DNA of 63,648 bases from Ascoidea asiatica JCM 7603 (taxonomy: Eukaryota; Fungi; Ascomycota): contig BCKQ01000004.1 in the NCBI GenBank assembly GCA_001600695.1, positions 720,282-783,929 on the forward strand, written 5' to 3'. This document shows, in pieces, positions 61,904 to 63,648 of this stretch. Both the position numbers and the translations under genes were made by a program. The notes beneath the pieces were generated by a model that saw only the letters and a program-made list of their open reading frames with translations, ran no database searches and was not told where the DNA came from. How positions within the stretch are numbered: position 1 is the first letter of the stretch; every line of letters starts with the position of its first letter.

Positions 61904-63061
61904 ATGTCAGGATCTAGAAGAGCAGCTCGCAAGAGACAAAGAGTTATTGATAATGATGATGATGATTTTATTGAACATGAAGGATCACAAGCAGCTACAG
62001 AACCTGTCCAAGATATATCTGATGATAGTTCGTATGGTGATGAAACTACTTATTCACCTCAAGAGCAACGATCTATTGATCCCTTTACACAAATGGCTTA
62101 TAAGCTAATAAGAGGGGTTTTAGCTTTAGAATTTCAAAGATCTATAATCACTAGAAGTCAATTACAAAAAATAGTTTGGGAAGACAAAACTTTCAAAGAA
62201 ATAAAATTTGATACTGTTTTCAATAAAGCTCAGGTTTTGTTAAAAGAAATTTTTGGTATGAAGTTGTTTCTATTACCGTTGAAAGAAAATGATAAAGATA
62301 TTATAAAAAATGAACTAAATAGAAATAAGGCTAAAGGTAAATCTAAAAGTAGTAAAGCCGATAAAAATAGTAGAAGAAAAAAGGCTCGTAAAGGGCATGA
62401 AGAAGAAGTTGACGATGAGGATTATAATGAAGATGGTGATAATAATAATAACAGTAAAGAAGAAAACCCAAATGAAAATCTGGGACAAAAAAGTTATCAA
62501 AAATCATATATTTTAGTTTCTGATTTAAATCTTAAGGATAAACATATTTTAGGTAAAATTTGGAATAAAAGTGCAAGAGATTTTTTCATTAATTTAGATC
62601 ATTTAGAAAATGAAAAAATATCATCAAGAGCATTAGATTATAATCATTTACCAACAAATAGTAGTGAATTGATATATAATGGATATATTTTAATAATTTT
62701 AAGTATAATTGTACTTTCGAATAATCATATAAATCAGAATGAATTACTCAAATTATTATCTTTGAATTTTGGTTTAAAGGATATTAATGATCAATTAGAT
62801 GGATTAATCCTTTCTAATAAAATTGCAACTTTAGAAGATTTATTTAAAAATATGGAGAAAAATGAATATATAAATAGAACTGTTATAAAAGATCCTCAAT
62901 CTGATGATATTGTAGAATTCAGTATTGGTAGAAGAGGTAAAACAGAAATGCCAAAAGAATCTATGTTCGAATTCATCAAAAGAATTTATAACTCTGGAGA
63001 ATCCGAAGAAGAGATTGATGCAAGAGCACAATTCAGTTTAATTGATGCCTATGGCAAATAA
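61904..63061 (+). CDS. NSE3: Smc5/6 complex MAGE-domain subunit Nse3
   Basis: AYKLIRGVLALE, FDTVFNKAQVLLKEIFGMKL, SYILVS, GYILIILSIIVLS, EFSIGRRGKTE. Confidence 0.85.
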   Translation: MSGSRRAARKRQRVIDNDDDDFIEHEGSQAATEPVQDISDDSSYGDETTYSPQEQRSIDPFTQMAYKLIRGVLALEFQRSIITRSQLQKIVWEDKTFKEIKFDTVFNKAQVLLKEIFGMKLFLLPLKENDKDIIKNELNRNKAKGKSKSSKADKNSRRKKARKGHEEEVDDEDYNEDGDNNNNSKEENPNENLGQKSYQKSYILVSDLNLKDKHILGKIWNKSARDFFINLDHLENEKISSRALDYNHLPTNSSELIYNGYILIILSIIVLSNNHINQNELLKLLSLNFGLKDINDQLDGLILSNKIATLEDLFKNMEKNEYINRTVIKDPQSDDIVEFSIGRRGKTEMPKESMFEFIKRIYNSGESEEEIDARAQFSLIDAYGK

Positions 63062-63573
63062 ATTAGTTACTATTCAAGTAAGAGGGTATAAAAAAGAAGA
63101 GGAGGAATGAAGTTCACCTTTCAATTTGTGAAATAAAGAATTTTTGGTGTTTGTTATTCCTTTATGAAATAGTGTTTGCTTGTTATAAAATGTAATTTAC
63201 TAATTTCTGTTTGATAAGTTTTTGGTGATATTGTAAAGTTGGTAGATAATAAGGTGTATGATTTCCATCAAAAACATAGATAAAAAAAAAATTGTAATAC
63301 TCTTAGAGAAATTTCTAATTATAAAAATATTTCTATGATTTAAGAAATGTGAAAAATGGTTGTTTTTAAAAAATGTAACGTTTTTGAGCTATTTTTGTTT
63401 GTTTATATATCTGATGTAAATTAACTGGCAGCGATTTTTTTTTAAAAAAAGATTAAGTGTTTAAGAATATTCCTGAAGAATTAAAGCGAATTTTTATGGG
63501 AATAATATTTGAATTTTTATGGAGATGATATTTGAATTAATCATGAAACTTAAATTGTATTTTGTAAAAACTT

Positions 63574-63648
63574 TAATATCAAACAATGAAAATAAAATTT
63601 CTGGAATTCTATTAATAGTTTCGTTCTTTCTTTCCACGGTTTTAATAA
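63574..63648 (+). repeat. Exact inverted copy of SWF1 internal segment 55678-55752, running to the window end
   Basis: 63574-63648 is the reverse complement of 55678-55752 (encodes ISNNENKISGILLIVSFFLSTVLI). Confidence 0.93.

Overview
Very AT-rich DNA from a budding yeast (Saccharomycotina). Poly-Asn-rich proteins and frequent short introns suggest an Ascoidea-like lineage, which is inference only. If it belongs to a CUG-reassigned clade, translations at CTG codons may be wrong. The window holds about 27 protein-coding loci, mostly housekeeping: MIM2, HSE1, SRB6, DPP1, DPS1, RAD17, ARP10-like, RAD3, RPS5, PDA1, SPC2, TDA5-like SDR, YML6, RPS18, GCN2, ERG12, GUT2, MDM31/32, ECM4, DUF1749 hydrolase, SWF1, PBP1, NSE3 and several orphans. 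There is also one intron-containing tRNA-Tyr(GTA). I reconstructed 9 spliceosomal introns in 7 genes that the ORF track truncated or missed entirely (SPC2). The most unusual observations are: (i) an exact inverted copy of an internal SWF1 segment running off the right window edge; (ii) three adjacent frame-broken genes at 49.6-55.2 kb; (iii) a candidate box C/D snoRNA at about 643-744; (iv) Tbf1/Cbf1-type plus possible Rap1-type ribosomal-protein promoters; (v) a recurrent unassigned GC-rich promoter motif; (vi) a dense Yap1-site array upstream of ECM4; (vii) a possible decayed F-box gene. I saw no mobile element or CRISPR array and cannot support a clear-cut novel multi-gene system.
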